Below are positions 26,546-35,357 of a stretch of 41,838 nucleotides of DNA, piece after piece. The first letter of the stretch is position 1. Each line of letters begins with the position of its first letter. The translations under genes and the position numbers were made by a program. Source of the DNA: an uncultured Syntrophomonadaceae bacterium. GTDB lineage: Bacteria; Bacillota; Dethiobacteria; DTU022. The stretch lies in assembly GCA_964345455.1 (NCBI GenBank), contig CAYFRE010000005.1:1330-43167 (forward strand), written 5' to 3'. Under the pieces are notes generated by a model. That model saw only the letters and a program-made list of their open reading frames with translations, had not been told where the DNA came from and searched no databases.

Positions 26546-26708
26546 TAATTTCTCCGCCGCAACAGCCCCTTCCTGTCCCCGGATTTCTTTGCAGGCGGTG
26601 AATGATAATTTTCCAGGAGCTGCGGACGGGTCTCCGGGCACGGTTACAGGGATACGGAAGCGCTCTTCGCTAAATAATTCGGCGGCATGAAACTCTTCAA
26701 TAAAGGAG
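26546..26708 (-). pseudogene. relic of the 3' end of a methyltransferase gene (diverged copy of 5048..5211)
   Basis: My manual ungapped alignment gives ~25 mismatches plus one 1-nt indel over ~165 nt, in the same orientation as the copy at 5048..5211. It translates to SFIEEFHAAELFSEERFRIPVTVPGDP..., versus LSFIQELHAAGTFSEESCIIPVTVPGDP... in the intact gene. No 5' part of the gene is present. Confidence 0.75.
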
Positions 26709-26751
26709 TAGTTTAGGCATGCGACATCAGCCTTGTTTCAAGTCATCATTT

Positions 26752-27003
26752 TCATTTTTCCTGATTATCTAAAGCCCCTTCGCGAAGCACTTCGGCAAGA
26801 AGAGCCCTGGCCCGTGGCAGCATTTTCTGCGGGACAAAAATATCAATTTCGTAGGCCTGGCCGCCGACTACCCGCATGGCGCCGGACAGGGGGTCGCTGT
26901 CCTTTCGCCGCACCGGAATGGAGGCTTCCCGGAGCAGGCCGCAGACGATTTCGGCCTCGATATCATTGAATGCCTGCATTAGAAAGGTCCATTCTTCTTC
27001 CAT
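26752..27003 (-). CDS. DUF2007-like small putative signal-transducing protein
   Basis: 83 aa. The pattern EAEIVCGLLREASIP...DIFVP...ARALL resembles the DUF2007 family. Confidence 0.5.
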   Translation of the reverse strand: MEEEWTFLMQAFNDIEAEIVCGLLREASIPVRRKDSDPLSGAMRVVGGQAYEIDIFVPQKMLPRARALLAEVLREGALDNQEK

Positions 27004-27236
27004 GTTCTTTTCCGCCTCCTTTTGATGGCTTCGCCAATTCCCGAAGGTTCCCTCTTTCAGGATATACCCAAACCATGACGGATATGCCGGACGGTAATTT
27101 CGATGTCAATTTGACGGGCAGTATAAATAATTTTATGATACATGTAAGTCCCCCTCGTATGATGGAATTGGAAATTCAATCTTATCTTGTCAAAGGGGGG
27201 AGTCTTTCAAGCATCCTTTTGCAAGGAGCGGTATTT

Positions 27237-28373
27237 ATGGTCTACCGACTTAAATATTTAGCGGAGATGGCCGCGGCGGCCGGACTGGAACTGGCGGGAA
27301 TCGCCCCCGCCGCTCCCCCCGCTCACCTGCAATCATTGCTGCAGCAGCGCCTCGATGAAGGCCGGGTGACCCCTTTCGAAGAGAAAGATCCGGCGCTCCG
27401 GGTGAATACTGCAAAACTGCTGCCGGGATGCCGCAGCATTGTCGTTGTGGGGATGCCCCACCCCTTCCGGGAAGAGGATGCGCCTTCGATAGCCGGCGGC
27501 CCGCGGGGAGTGGTGGCCCGCTGCGCAAGGGGGCCCGACTATCACCTTCTCTTGACCTCCGGAGCGAAGCGCCTGCTTTCACTGATAAAAAAAGATCTTC
27601 CCGCACCGTTGAACGGCCGGATCCTGGTAGATCGCAGCCCGCTGGTCGAGCGTGAACTGGCCCGGCTCGCCGGCCTGGGCTGGAGCGGGGAGAATTGCAC
27701 TCTGATCACGCCGTCCGCCGGCTCATACACGGCCCTGGGGACAATCTTGATTGACCGGGCACTGGAACCGGGCGCACCGCTGCCGCAAAGCTGCCGGCAG
27801 TGCGGCCGCTGCCGCGAGGCCTGCCCGACAGGGGCACTAACGGAGCCGTTTATCATCGACCCTCACCGTTGTCTCTCCTACATCACCCAGGCGCCGGGGG
27901 TTGTCCCGGCTGCGATGCGGCCGCTGATGGGAGCGCGCCTCTACGGGTGCGACCGCTGCCAGGAAGTATGCCCCCATAACCGGGAGCTCCCGGCAACGCG
28001 CGGAGAGCCGGACCAACCCGCCGCCTTCCCCTTCTCCCCGGCGCGCCCCCTGCTGGAGCCAATATTAAAGATGACCCGGAAAGAGTTTGACCGGACCATC
28101 GGCCTTACGGCAGCAGGGTGGCGGGGCAAAAGCATCCTGCAGCGTAACGCGGTGATCGCTCTCGGCAACAGCGACGACCGCGATGCCGTCCCGGCACTGG
28201 CACAGCTCCTGAAACATGATTCCCGGCCGCTGCTCCGCTTGCATGCCGCCTGGGCCCTGGGCCGCCTGGGCGGAAACCGGGCCCGCCGCAGCCTTGAGCT
28301 GCAGCTTCACCGTGAAGTTGAACCGGCCGTCATCGAAGAGCTGCGCCTGGCAATGGACCTTTCAAGCCCTTAA
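27237..28373 (+). CDS. queG: tRNA epoxyqueuosine(34) reductase QueG
   Basis: Two ferredoxin-type cluster motifs (CRQCGRCREACP and CDRCQEVCP), CLSYITQ and a C-terminal HEAT-like repeat are present. I prefer the start at ATG 27237, which has AGGAG 7 nt upstream, over the track start at 26970. Confidence 0.85.
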   Translation: MVYRLKYLAEMAAAAGLELAGIAPAAPPAHLQSLLQQRLDEGRVTPFEEKDPALRVNTAKLLPGCRSIVVVGMPHPFREEDAPSIAGGPRGVVARCARGPDYHLLLTSGAKRLLSLIKKDLPAPLNGRILVDRSPLVERELARLAGLGWSGENCTLITPSAGSYTALGTILIDRALEPGAPLPQSCRQCGRCREACPTGALTEPFIIDPHRCLSYITQAPGVVPAAMRPLMGARLYGCDRCQEVCPHNRELPATRGEPDQPAAFPFSPARPLLEPILKMTRKEFDRTIGLTAAGWRGKSILQRNAVIALGNSDDRDAVPALAQLLKHDSRPLLRLHAAWALGRLGGNRARRSLELQLHREVEPAVIEELRLAMDLSSP

Positions 28374-29257
28374 TTTGCAACCCCGCGCTCCTCCATCAGC
28401 TGCAGCAGCAGATCGGGCCGGTCGGTGATGATCCCGTCGACTTCCAGGTCCAGCATCCGCTTCAGATCGGCGGCCTCATTTACCGTCCAGACATTGACGC
28501 GGTATCCTTTCTTCCGCGCCCAGTCCATATATTCTTCGTCGACCATCCTGACCTCGGGATGGAGCGCCTCCGGTCTCAATATGGAGATAAACCAGCCCTC
28601 GCTCAGGTAGCGCGCCAAATCCGGCGCATAGAGCAGCCCGACCGGTATATCCTTATCGGCCCACTTCACCCGCAGCAGGGCGATGGGGTTAAATGAAGAG
28701 ACTATCACCCGGTCGTAGAGATCGTGCTTCCGGATCAGTTCCACTACCACATTCTCGAGCCCGTCAGTGGCCGGGCTTTCTGTTTTCAGTTCGATGTTGA
28801 TCAGCGTCTGGGGGTTAAGAAATTCGACGACCTCTTCCAGCGTAGGGATGCGCTCACCGGTAAAAGCTTCATCAAACCAGGAACCTGCGTCCAGCTGCTT
28901 GAGCTCGGCCAAGGTGTAGTCCTTCACCGGACCTTTTCCGCTGGTGGTGGCATCAATATCGTAATCATGAATCACAACCGGTTCGCCGTCCCTGGAAAGC
29001 ATTACATCCAGCTCAATCCCATGTGCGCCCATTATTTCAGCGGCCTGGAACGAAGAAAGTGTATTTTCAGGAGCCGCCTCCCGCGCGCCACGGTGGCCGA
29101 TATTTAAAACGGGGCGTTCACGATAGAAGCTCGCCACCGGATCCGGGGTCCAGGTCCAGTAACGTACTGCTATAACCAGGACAACCAGAACAATCAAGCA
29201 AATCACAACCGTGAACAGCCACAAGATCGCCTTGCCGATGAATCCAAGAAATTTCAA
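28370..29257 (-). CDS. membrane-anchored glycerophosphodiester phosphodiesterase family protein
   Basis: An N-terminal TM helix is followed by the GDPD motifs HRGA...PENTL..F and ELDV..S.DG.PVV.HD. Confidence 0.8.
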   Translation of the reverse strand: MKFLGFIGKAILWLFTVVICLIVLVVLVIAVRYWTWTPDPVASFYRERPVLNIGHRGAREAAPENTLSSFQAAEIMGAHGIELDVMLSRDGEPVVIHDYDIDATTSGKGPVKDYTLAELKQLDAGSWFDEAFTGERIPTLEEVVEFLNPQTLINIELKTESPATDGLENVVVELIRKHDLYDRVIVSSFNPIALLRVKWADKDIPVGLLYAPDLARYLSEGWFISILRPEALHPEVRMVDEEYMDWARKKGYRVNVWTVNEAADLKRMLDLEVDGIITDRPDLLLQLMEERGVAN

Positions 29258-29592
29258 GGAAACCCTCTCCCTTCAGATAAAGGCTTGCCGGTAAACCAGG
29301 AAAATTAACCCATTTTGACGGCCGGCGATATCTCTCACTGTCCCGCAAGAGCGCTGACGCGAGACTTTTGCGACCACCCCCTCTATCTATCGCATCGAGA
29401 TACCATCCCTGGAATTGTACCATAAAAATTCTTGATCCGGAGACGTAATCCTTTTTTTCTGGAGGAAAAAGCTGATAAATGAACCTTTCTTCCGGGAATT
29501 TAATTTTCCCGGTGACCATACGGCAGGTAAACCGGCAGGTCTATGGAATGAGAAGTAAGGGACAATTGATATCACAAGAAAGGAGCACGCCA

Positions 29593-30030
29593 GTGTCCAA
29601 CCTGATCATACCAATCAAGTCGGGATTTAAAAAAAGCCTGCGGATGCTCTGGCTTCTGGCAAAGATCATTATTCCTGTAACATGCGTGGTGCAGTTCCTT
29701 GAACATTATGATCTTTTGGTACAGGCCGCTGCTTTTTTCAGTCCGGTCACTTCCTGGATCGGGCTGCCCGGAGAAACGGTGCTGCCGTTGATGCTCGGTT
29801 TCTGGACCAATTTCTACGCCTCCCTGGGTATCATCAGCAACATGTCTCTCGGTTCCCGGCAGATCACCGTCCTCGCGCTGATGCTCTGTATCTGCCACGA
29901 ACTACCCATAGAGTCGGCAATCTGCCGCAGCACCGGACTGAAAATCTACCAGTCGGTTTTGCTGCGGTTGATCACCGCTTTCTTTGCCGGTTTTCTGCTC
30001 AATGCACTGTATACAATAATAGGAGGATAA
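29593..30030 (+). CDS. nucleoside-recognition (Gate) domain membrane protein, part 1
   Basis: Hydrophobic multi-TM ORF. I prefer the start at GTG 29593, which has AAGGAG 7 nt upstream. It is paired with the following ORF. Confidence 0.5.
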   Translation: MSNLIIPIKSGFKKSLRMLWLLAKIIIPVTCVVQFLEHYDLLVQAAAFFSPVTSWIGLPGETVLPLMLGFWTNFYASLGIISNMSLGSRQITVLALMLCICHELPIESAICRSTGLKIYQSVLLRLITAFFAGFLLNALYTIIGG

Positions 30031-30033
30031 AGG

Positions 30034-30519
30034 ATGGGAGTCGTGCTCGGAATACTCAAAGAAGGCCTGGCCGGCGGGGCCGGGACTATCCTGAAGATAG
30101 CCCTGTTTCTTATCCCGATCATGGTGGCGGCAGAAATTGCCCGCCACTACAACCTTCTTGAATCGCTTTCAAAGAAAATCAAAGGGGTGCTGGATTTTTT
30201 AACCCTCCCCCTGGAAGCAGCATTTCCGCTGCTTGTCGGCCTCTGCTTTGGAATCGTCTACGGGTCGGCGCTGATTGTCGATTACGCCCGGGAAGGTTAC
30301 CTGGGGAAAAGAGACCTTCTGCTTATCGGCATTTTTCTAAGCATCGGCCACTCTCTGGTTGAAGACACGCTGATCTTCTCCGCTTTTGGCGCAAACCCGC
30401 TGCTGATCATATTGATCCGTTTCCCCCTTGCATTCCTGATTACCAAACTGGCCGCCTGCGGGATGGATTTGCTTTCAAAAAAGGAGATTCCGGGTAGCTG
30501 CAAAAGAACGAGGGGGTGA
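30034..30519 (+). CDS. nucleoside-recognition (Gate) domain membrane protein, part 2
   Basis: 161-aa multi-TM ORF with a GGAGG RBS, lying 3 nt after the previous gene. Confidence 0.5.
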   Translation: MGVVLGILKEGLAGGAGTILKIALFLIPIMVAAEIARHYNLLESLSKKIKGVLDFLTLPLEAAFPLLVGLCFGIVYGSALIVDYAREGYLGKRDLLLIGIFLSIGHSLVEDTLIFSAFGANPLLIILIRFPLAFLITKLAACGMDLLSKKEIPGSCKRTRG

Positions 30520-30566
30520 TCTAATAAACAGGACTTTATATTAAGTGATAGAATATAGATAGTGGT

Positions 30567-30582
30567 TGGCACCGCTATTGCA
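30567..30582 (+). promoter_or_regulatory. sigma-54 (-24/-12) promoter upstream of pntAA
   Basis: The plus strand reads TGGCACCGCTATTGCA, a full consensus with GG-N10-GC spacing. It lies 46 nt upstream of the ATG at 30628. Confidence 0.7.
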
Positions 30583-30627
30583 TAAAACTATTACTAAAGC
30601 TAATTACATCCAAGGGAGGTTTGGTCA

Positions 30628-31803
30628 ATGCAGTTCAAGGATCTCACTTTCGGCATTCCCAAAGAGATAATGCCCGGAGAAAGACGCGTTGCTGCGATCC
30701 CCGAAACCGTGGAGAAGCTGGTGGCAGGCGGGGCGAAGGTGCTGGTGGAGAAAGGCGCCGGTGAGGGAGCCTATATTACAGATGATGACTACCGGGAAGC
30801 CGGCGCCCGCATCGTAGAAGATGTAACCTTTTTATTCGCCGAATCCAACGTGGTCTTGAAGGCCAAGGAGCCGCTGTTCAACCCGGAGAAAAACAAACAT
30901 GAGGTGGAGATGATGCCGCGGGGGCAGGTCCTGGTGACCTTTCTGCATCCCGCCGCCCCGGCCAACCATGAGATGGTAAACAAGCTGGTGGAGCAGGGGG
31001 TAACCGCCCTGACGCTTGACGGCATCCCCCGGATCTCAAGAGCCCAGGCCATGGATGCTTTAACTTCAATGAGCACCGTCGCCGGCTACAAATCTGTCCT
31101 CATGGCCGCCAACCGCATTGCCAGGTTTCTGCCCATGATCGGTTCTGCGGTGGGCATGATCAAGCCGGCGAACGTATTGGTTTTAGGCACCGGTGTGGCC
31201 GGCCTGCAGGCGGTAGCCACGGCTAAAAGGCTGGGCGCCGTTGTCACCGCCGTGGATATCCGTCCCGATGCGGCGGAGCATGCCAAAAGCCTGGGGGCCA
31301 AGATTATTGACACCGGGGTCCCCGCCGGGGTGGCCATGGGTGAAGGCGGTTACGCAAAGCATCTGCCGCAGGAATGGCTGCTCAAGGAGCGGGAGCTCAT
31401 TGCCGAAACCGTGGCCGGTTCAGATATTATCGTTTCCATGGCCCTCGTTCCCGGAAAGCTGGCTCCCATACTGCTGACCGAAAAAATGGTCCAGTCGATG
31501 GCACCGGGATCGGCTATCGTAGACGTGGCCATTGACCAGGGCGGCAACTGTGAGCTTACCGTTGGCGGCGAAATCATTGAGCGATACGGCGTCAGTATTG
31601 AAGGCACAAAAAACATTCCCGGCCTGGTCCCGGCCAGTTCCACGCAGATGATCGCCAAAAACATATACAACTATATCGCCTATTTCATCAAAGACGGCCG
31701 GGTCGAGCTGAACCTGGAAGACGAGATCATCGCTTCGTCAATTGTTACTAAAGACGGGCTGCTCTTGCATGCCGGGGCCAAAGAAGCGATGGGGCTGAAC
31801 TAA
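30628..31803 (+). CDS. pntAA: NAD(P) transhydrogenase subunit alpha part 1
   Basis: 391 aa with an alanine dehydrogenase/PNT fold and the NAD-binding motif VLVLGTGVAGLQA. Confidence 0.88.
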   Translation: MQFKDLTFGIPKEIMPGERRVAAIPETVEKLVAGGAKVLVEKGAGEGAYITDDDYREAGARIVEDVTFLFAESNVVLKAKEPLFNPEKNKHEVEMMPRGQVLVTFLHPAAPANHEMVNKLVEQGVTALTLDGIPRISRAQAMDALTSMSTVAGYKSVLMAANRIARFLPMIGSAVGMIKPANVLVLGTGVAGLQAVATAKRLGAVVTAVDIRPDAAEHAKSLGAKIIDTGVPAGVAMGEGGYAKHLPQEWLLKERELIAETVAGSDIIVSMALVPGKLAPILLTEKMVQSMAPGSAIVDVAIDQGGNCELTVGGEIIERYGVSIEGTKNIPGLVPASSTQMIAKNIYNYIAYFIKDGRVELNLEDEIIASSIVTKDGLLLHAGAKEAMGLN

Positions 31804-31819
31804 GTTCAAGCGGGAAGGA

Positions 31820-32104
31820 TTGGAGGTTAAAATGAATCCCCTTTTATTGCTCGCTGTTTTTGTTGTTGCCGCATTGCTGGGGTACAGGGTCATCAAGGAG
31901 GTGCCCTCGCTGCTGCATACTCCTTTGATGTCCGGCACCAACGCCATTTCGGGGGTAACCATTCTTGGCTCACTGGTCGCCACCGCCGCAGCAGCGGCTT
32001 CCGGAAGCCGTCTTCTGGGGTTCGTCGCCATTGTGCTGGCCTCGATTAACCTGGTTGGCGGTTTTATGGTGACAGACCGGATGTTAAAAATGTTCAAGCA
32101 GTAG
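31820..32104 (+). CDS. pntAB: NAD(P) transhydrogenase subunit alpha part 2 (membrane)
   Basis: 94-aa three-TM protein containing TPLMSGTNAISG, located between pntAA and pntB. Confidence 0.85.
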   Translation: MEVKMNPLLLLAVFVVAALLGYRVIKEVPSLLHTPLMSGTNAISGVTILGSLVATAAAAASGSRLLGFVAIVLASINLVGGFMVTDRMLKMFKQ

Positions 32105-32119
32105 AGAGGAGTATCGCCC

Positions 32120-33514
32120 ATGCAGCAACCAATCTATATTGCTGTTTCCATCATTCTCGGCGCGCTGATCCTTCTGGGAATCAGGTGGATGAGCTCGCCC
32201 AGGAGCGCTGTCCGGGGAAACCGCCTCAGCGCCCTGAGCATGTTTGCCGCCGTGCTGCTGGTTCTGTGGTACCAAGGAATTATCAGCCTGCCTTTGCTCT
32301 GGACAGCCATGGCCGCCGGCGGCCTGATCGGCTATCTGCTGGCCATAAGGGTAACCATGCTGCAGATGCCCCAGATGGTGGCCCTGCTCAACGGGCTTGG
32401 CGGCGGTGCTTCGGCCCTGGTGGCGCTGATTGAAATACTGCAAAACTACGCAACGATGGATCTATTCAACCAGGTTACCAGCCAGCTGGCGCTGATCGTC
32501 GGCGGGGTCACCTTGAGCGGCAGCATCATCGCCGCCTTGAAGCTGGACCGGCGGATCACCCAGCAACCGGTGATCTTGAAAGGGCACGGGTTCCTGGCCA
32601 ACGGGACCATCGTCCTGATACTAGCCCTGGCCGCAGCCACTTTTTTCACCGGGCTACCTCCGGCTACAGCCCTTTCCATCGCCGTTTTTCTCTTCGCCCT
32701 GATCTACGGTGTCCTTTTTGCCATTCGCGTCGGCGGCGCGGATATGCCCATCACCATTTCCCTGCTGAACTCATTTTCCGGGCTGGCCGGGGCGATCTGC
32801 GGTTTCACCATCGGAGAGCCTTTGCTGGTGGCCGTAGGCGCCATCGTCGGAGCTTCCGGCTTTATCCTGACCCAGATCATGTGCCGCGCGATGAACCGTT
32901 CGCTTGCCGGTGTCTTCAGCGGTTCAATTGCCGGGTATAGAGCCGTGAACAGTGAAACGGAGCCGGAAAGTGAACCGGAAGCAGAAGACCGGGAAGAGGT
33001 TTCTGTTGGTCAGATCCTGGCAAGCGCGCAAAGGGTAATCATCATTCCCGGTTACGGCATGGCCCTGGCCCAGGCCCAGAGAAAAGTGAAAGATCTGCTC
33101 GATTTTTGGGAGGCGCAGGGCGTGGAGATAAAATTTGCCATCCACCCGGTCGCCGGGAGGATGCCCGGGCACATGAACGTCCTGCTGGCAGAAGTCGATG
33201 TCCCCTACGATAAACTTTGCGAAATGGATCAGATCAACCCCGAATTTGCCGAAACCGACCTGGCGGTGATAATCGGAGCCTGCGATGTGGTCAACCCGGC
33301 GGCCAATACTGTCGAGGGAACGCCCATTTACGGGATGCCTGTTCTAAACGTGGAGGAAGCGAAGCATGTTTTTATCTATAACCTGGACCTGAATCCGGGA
33401 TACTCGGGGGTGGAAAACCCGCTTTACCAGATGAAGCATGTCCGCCTCTGCCTGGGAGACGCCAACGAAACCCTGGCCGGTTTGCTGGAGGAGCTGGCTG
33501 CGGCGTTTGATTGA
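32120..33514 (+). CDS. pntB: NAD(P) transhydrogenase subunit beta
   Basis: 464 aa. A polytopic N-terminal half is followed by the C-terminal dIII NADP(H) domain (IIPGYGMA.AQAQ, HPVAGRMPGHMNVLLAE). Confidence 0.9.
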   Translation: MQQPIYIAVSIILGALILLGIRWMSSPRSAVRGNRLSALSMFAAVLLVLWYQGIISLPLLWTAMAAGGLIGYLLAIRVTMLQMPQMVALLNGLGGGASALVALIEILQNYATMDLFNQVTSQLALIVGGVTLSGSIIAALKLDRRITQQPVILKGHGFLANGTIVLILALAAATFFTGLPPATALSIAVFLFALIYGVLFAIRVGGADMPITISLLNSFSGLAGAICGFTIGEPLLVAVGAIVGASGFILTQIMCRAMNRSLAGVFSGSIAGYRAVNSETEPESEPEAEDREEVSVGQILASAQRVIIIPGYGMALAQAQRKVKDLLDFWEAQGVEIKFAIHPVAGRMPGHMNVLLAEVDVPYDKLCEMDQINPEFAETDLAVIIGACDVVNPAANTVEGTPIYGMPVLNVEEAKHVFIYNLDLNPGYSGVENPLYQMKHVRLCLGDANETLAGLLEELAAAFD

Positions 33515-33522
33515 GACAGGAG

Positions 33523-33563
33523 AAATTAACGGGCTTTGGCCGGCGGCTGAAGCCCGTTAATTT
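33523..33563. terminator. stem-loop after pntB, a probable terminator
   Basis: A perfect 14-bp inverted repeat (AAATTAACGGGCTT / AAGCCCGTTAATTT) with a 13-nt loop begins 9 nt after the pntB stop. The U-tract is short (TTT). Confidence 0.5.
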
Positions 33564-33592
33564 CACGATGCAGCTTTGTTAAGAAGACTTAC

Positions 33593-34303
33593 TTAGGTAA
33601 GCGGCCGACCAGGCTTCCCAGAAGGCCCCCCAGGTCGCCTTGCGAACTTTCCTCTTTCTTCTGATTGCCCAGCGCTCCGAGCACGAGAGGCGCTAGCTGG
33701 GTTAACAATCCCGCCACCTGGTCGATAGTCAATCCTGCTTTCATATTTTTGGGTCCCATCTATCGCCACGAGATAGCGTTTTTTATGCAGCAGATGTTTA
33801 AACTTCTTTTTACCGATTAGTTGCCTTAACAGGTCGATGTAGATGCTTTCGATTCTTTCCACATCTATCTCTTTTAGCAAACGACACAGGGTATCCTGGT
33901 GCGGCATCTCTTCTAGCTCCGGGAAAACGGCCTGCAGGTTCTCTATTAGCTGAGGGGTGGTCATCTCCCGGTTTGTCCGGCGCCTTGAACTCATTTGAAA
34001 GGCAAACATCAAAATCCCGTAAAGCATCAACACATTCGTTTTATGCTTTACTTTTTTTAAATTCCTCGGGTCGGGAATATGAGCTAATTTCTTTAACAAC
34101 CCCGGCAGCAGCAGTCTGTAGACCCTGAGTTTCTCCTCCGTTGTGCCCTGGACCGCCGCTTTTTCTTCCTCTATTGTTTCAAGGCTGCTTTTGCGGTTGG
34201 GAAGCGTAACGGTAGGATGGTTCCCTTTTCCCTTTCTTTTCTGCTCCTCTCTAAGGGACCGCCTAAGTCTTCTGCGTTCATAGCGCGACATCGCTTCACT
34301 CAT
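33593..34303 (-). pseudogene. 3'-truncated DDE transposase (IS4/ISAs1-like N-terminal region)
   Basis: The N-terminal ~185 aa look transposase-like (HIPDPRN..KVKHK...LYGILMF, YLVAIDGTQK with the first catalytic D). After about nt 33745 the frame decays into low-complexity sequence with no second D/E region. Its start overlaps the upstream ORF by 8 nt (ATGAGTGA). Confidence 0.6.
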
Positions 34304-35192
34304 GATTTCTCCCCTTCAAGTGAGCGCGAAAATCGGCCACCAGGGGATAGGCGTAGATATGCTTGCGGGTGAGCAGCCTCTTTTTGTAGCGGTCCATGCG
34401 GCCGCGCCCGGCAGTTTGCCCCAAAAAGAGCCAGTTGGCCGCCCGGTAACAGGTGCCCCTGTACTCCGTGGGATCTACAAAGGTTTCCAACAGCACCGGG
34501 CTGTAACCGTAGCGTTCCTGCCAGTCACCGCGGATACGCTTCGCGGTCAGGGATAAGGCTTTGCTGGCCATGTTTTTGACGTAGACCCAGGGGAGGATCA
34601 AAAAACGGCTGTTGTTGACGATTAAATTTAGCCTGAGGCTGCGGTCAACTTCGTTCCAACCGATCCACTCGTCACGTGAGGCCAGGGCCCAGGCTGCCGC
34701 TGCAAACAAAAGACAGCCCAGTTTCTGCCCATTACCGGAAACGATGAAGTAGCGCTGGTGGGCTCCGAAGGGTGTTTTGTAACCCAGGGTGTGGTAGCGG
34801 TGAACATATTCATTCCAGAGCATAGAGTCGGACCTTGTTTTTACCGGCATCACAGTAAGCGGCTCATGGTCTTTAAGAGACCCCTCAACGGGCGGAGCAG
34901 GCGCCGTGCGCGGGCCAAAGCTGATCTTTTTTTGCTTGTACTTTTTGCGCTTTTGCTTGGGCGGTAAAACAACAAGGCCTTGCTCTTCCAGTTTTTCTAA
35001 AAGCTGAAGGCAGGAGGCTGTTTTGTAGCGGCCCACCGGCGTAACCCAATCTAAATTTTCACAGATCGTCTTGGTCAATTCATCACGGCTAAGTTTCGGA
35101 AACATACGAACCGTGGCCTGGATTTCCAAAAGCTCTTGCAGGTTGAAATATCTACCGCACAACAGGACTGGTGCATCGAACTGTTCTCCCAT
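34296..35192 (-). CDS. DUF4338-domain protein (IS-associated accessory ORF)
   Basis: 298 aa. The motifs YH.LGY, RD.WIGW, NNSRFLILPWV, LETFVD and GTCYRAANW are as I recall for DUF4338. It is translationally coupled to the transposase remnant. Confidence 0.65.
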   Translation of the reverse strand: MGEQFDAPVLLCGRYFNLQELLEIQATVRMFPKLSRDELTKTICENLDWVTPVGRYKTASCLQLLEKLEEQGLVVLPPKQKRKKYKQKKISFGPRTAPAPPVEGSLKDHEPLTVMPVKTRSDSMLWNEYVHRYHTLGYKTPFGAHQRYFIVSGNGQKLGCLLFAAAAWALASRDEWIGWNEVDRSLRLNLIVNNSRFLILPWVYVKNMASKALSLTAKRIRGDWQERYGYSPVLLETFVDPTEYRGTCYRAANWLFLGQTAGRGRMDRYKKRLLTRKHIYAYPLVADFRAHLKGRNHE

Positions 35193-35226
35193 AGTGTGGG
35201 CTCCTTTCTACAATGTCCCACACTAT
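35191..35226 (-). promoter_or_regulatory. 10-bp perfect inverted repeat sequestering the RBS and start codon of the DUF4338 gene
   Basis: ATAGTGTGGG (35191-35200) pairs with CCCACACTAT (35217-35226). On the minus-strand RNA the loop contains AAGGAG and the 3' arm overlaps the ATG at 35192. Confidence 0.5.
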
Positions 35227-35357
35227 TGTCTCATATGAATTCTTTTTTGTCCAGCCCCTTATCGCGAAAAAGTTTTTTCCTAAGTCTCAAGATTCCCCTC
35301 CAGGTATGGGCTTGTAAGTTGTGCGTCAGCACTGATTCCCGGGCTAATAGAAACGGG

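Noticed and set aside
34296-35192. DUF4338 protein as DruA of a Druantia anti-phage system
   Set aside because: DUF4338 also occurs in Druantia DruA. Here it is translationally coupled to a transposase remnant, and there are no large DruB-E or helicase genes nearby. The IS-associated context fits better.
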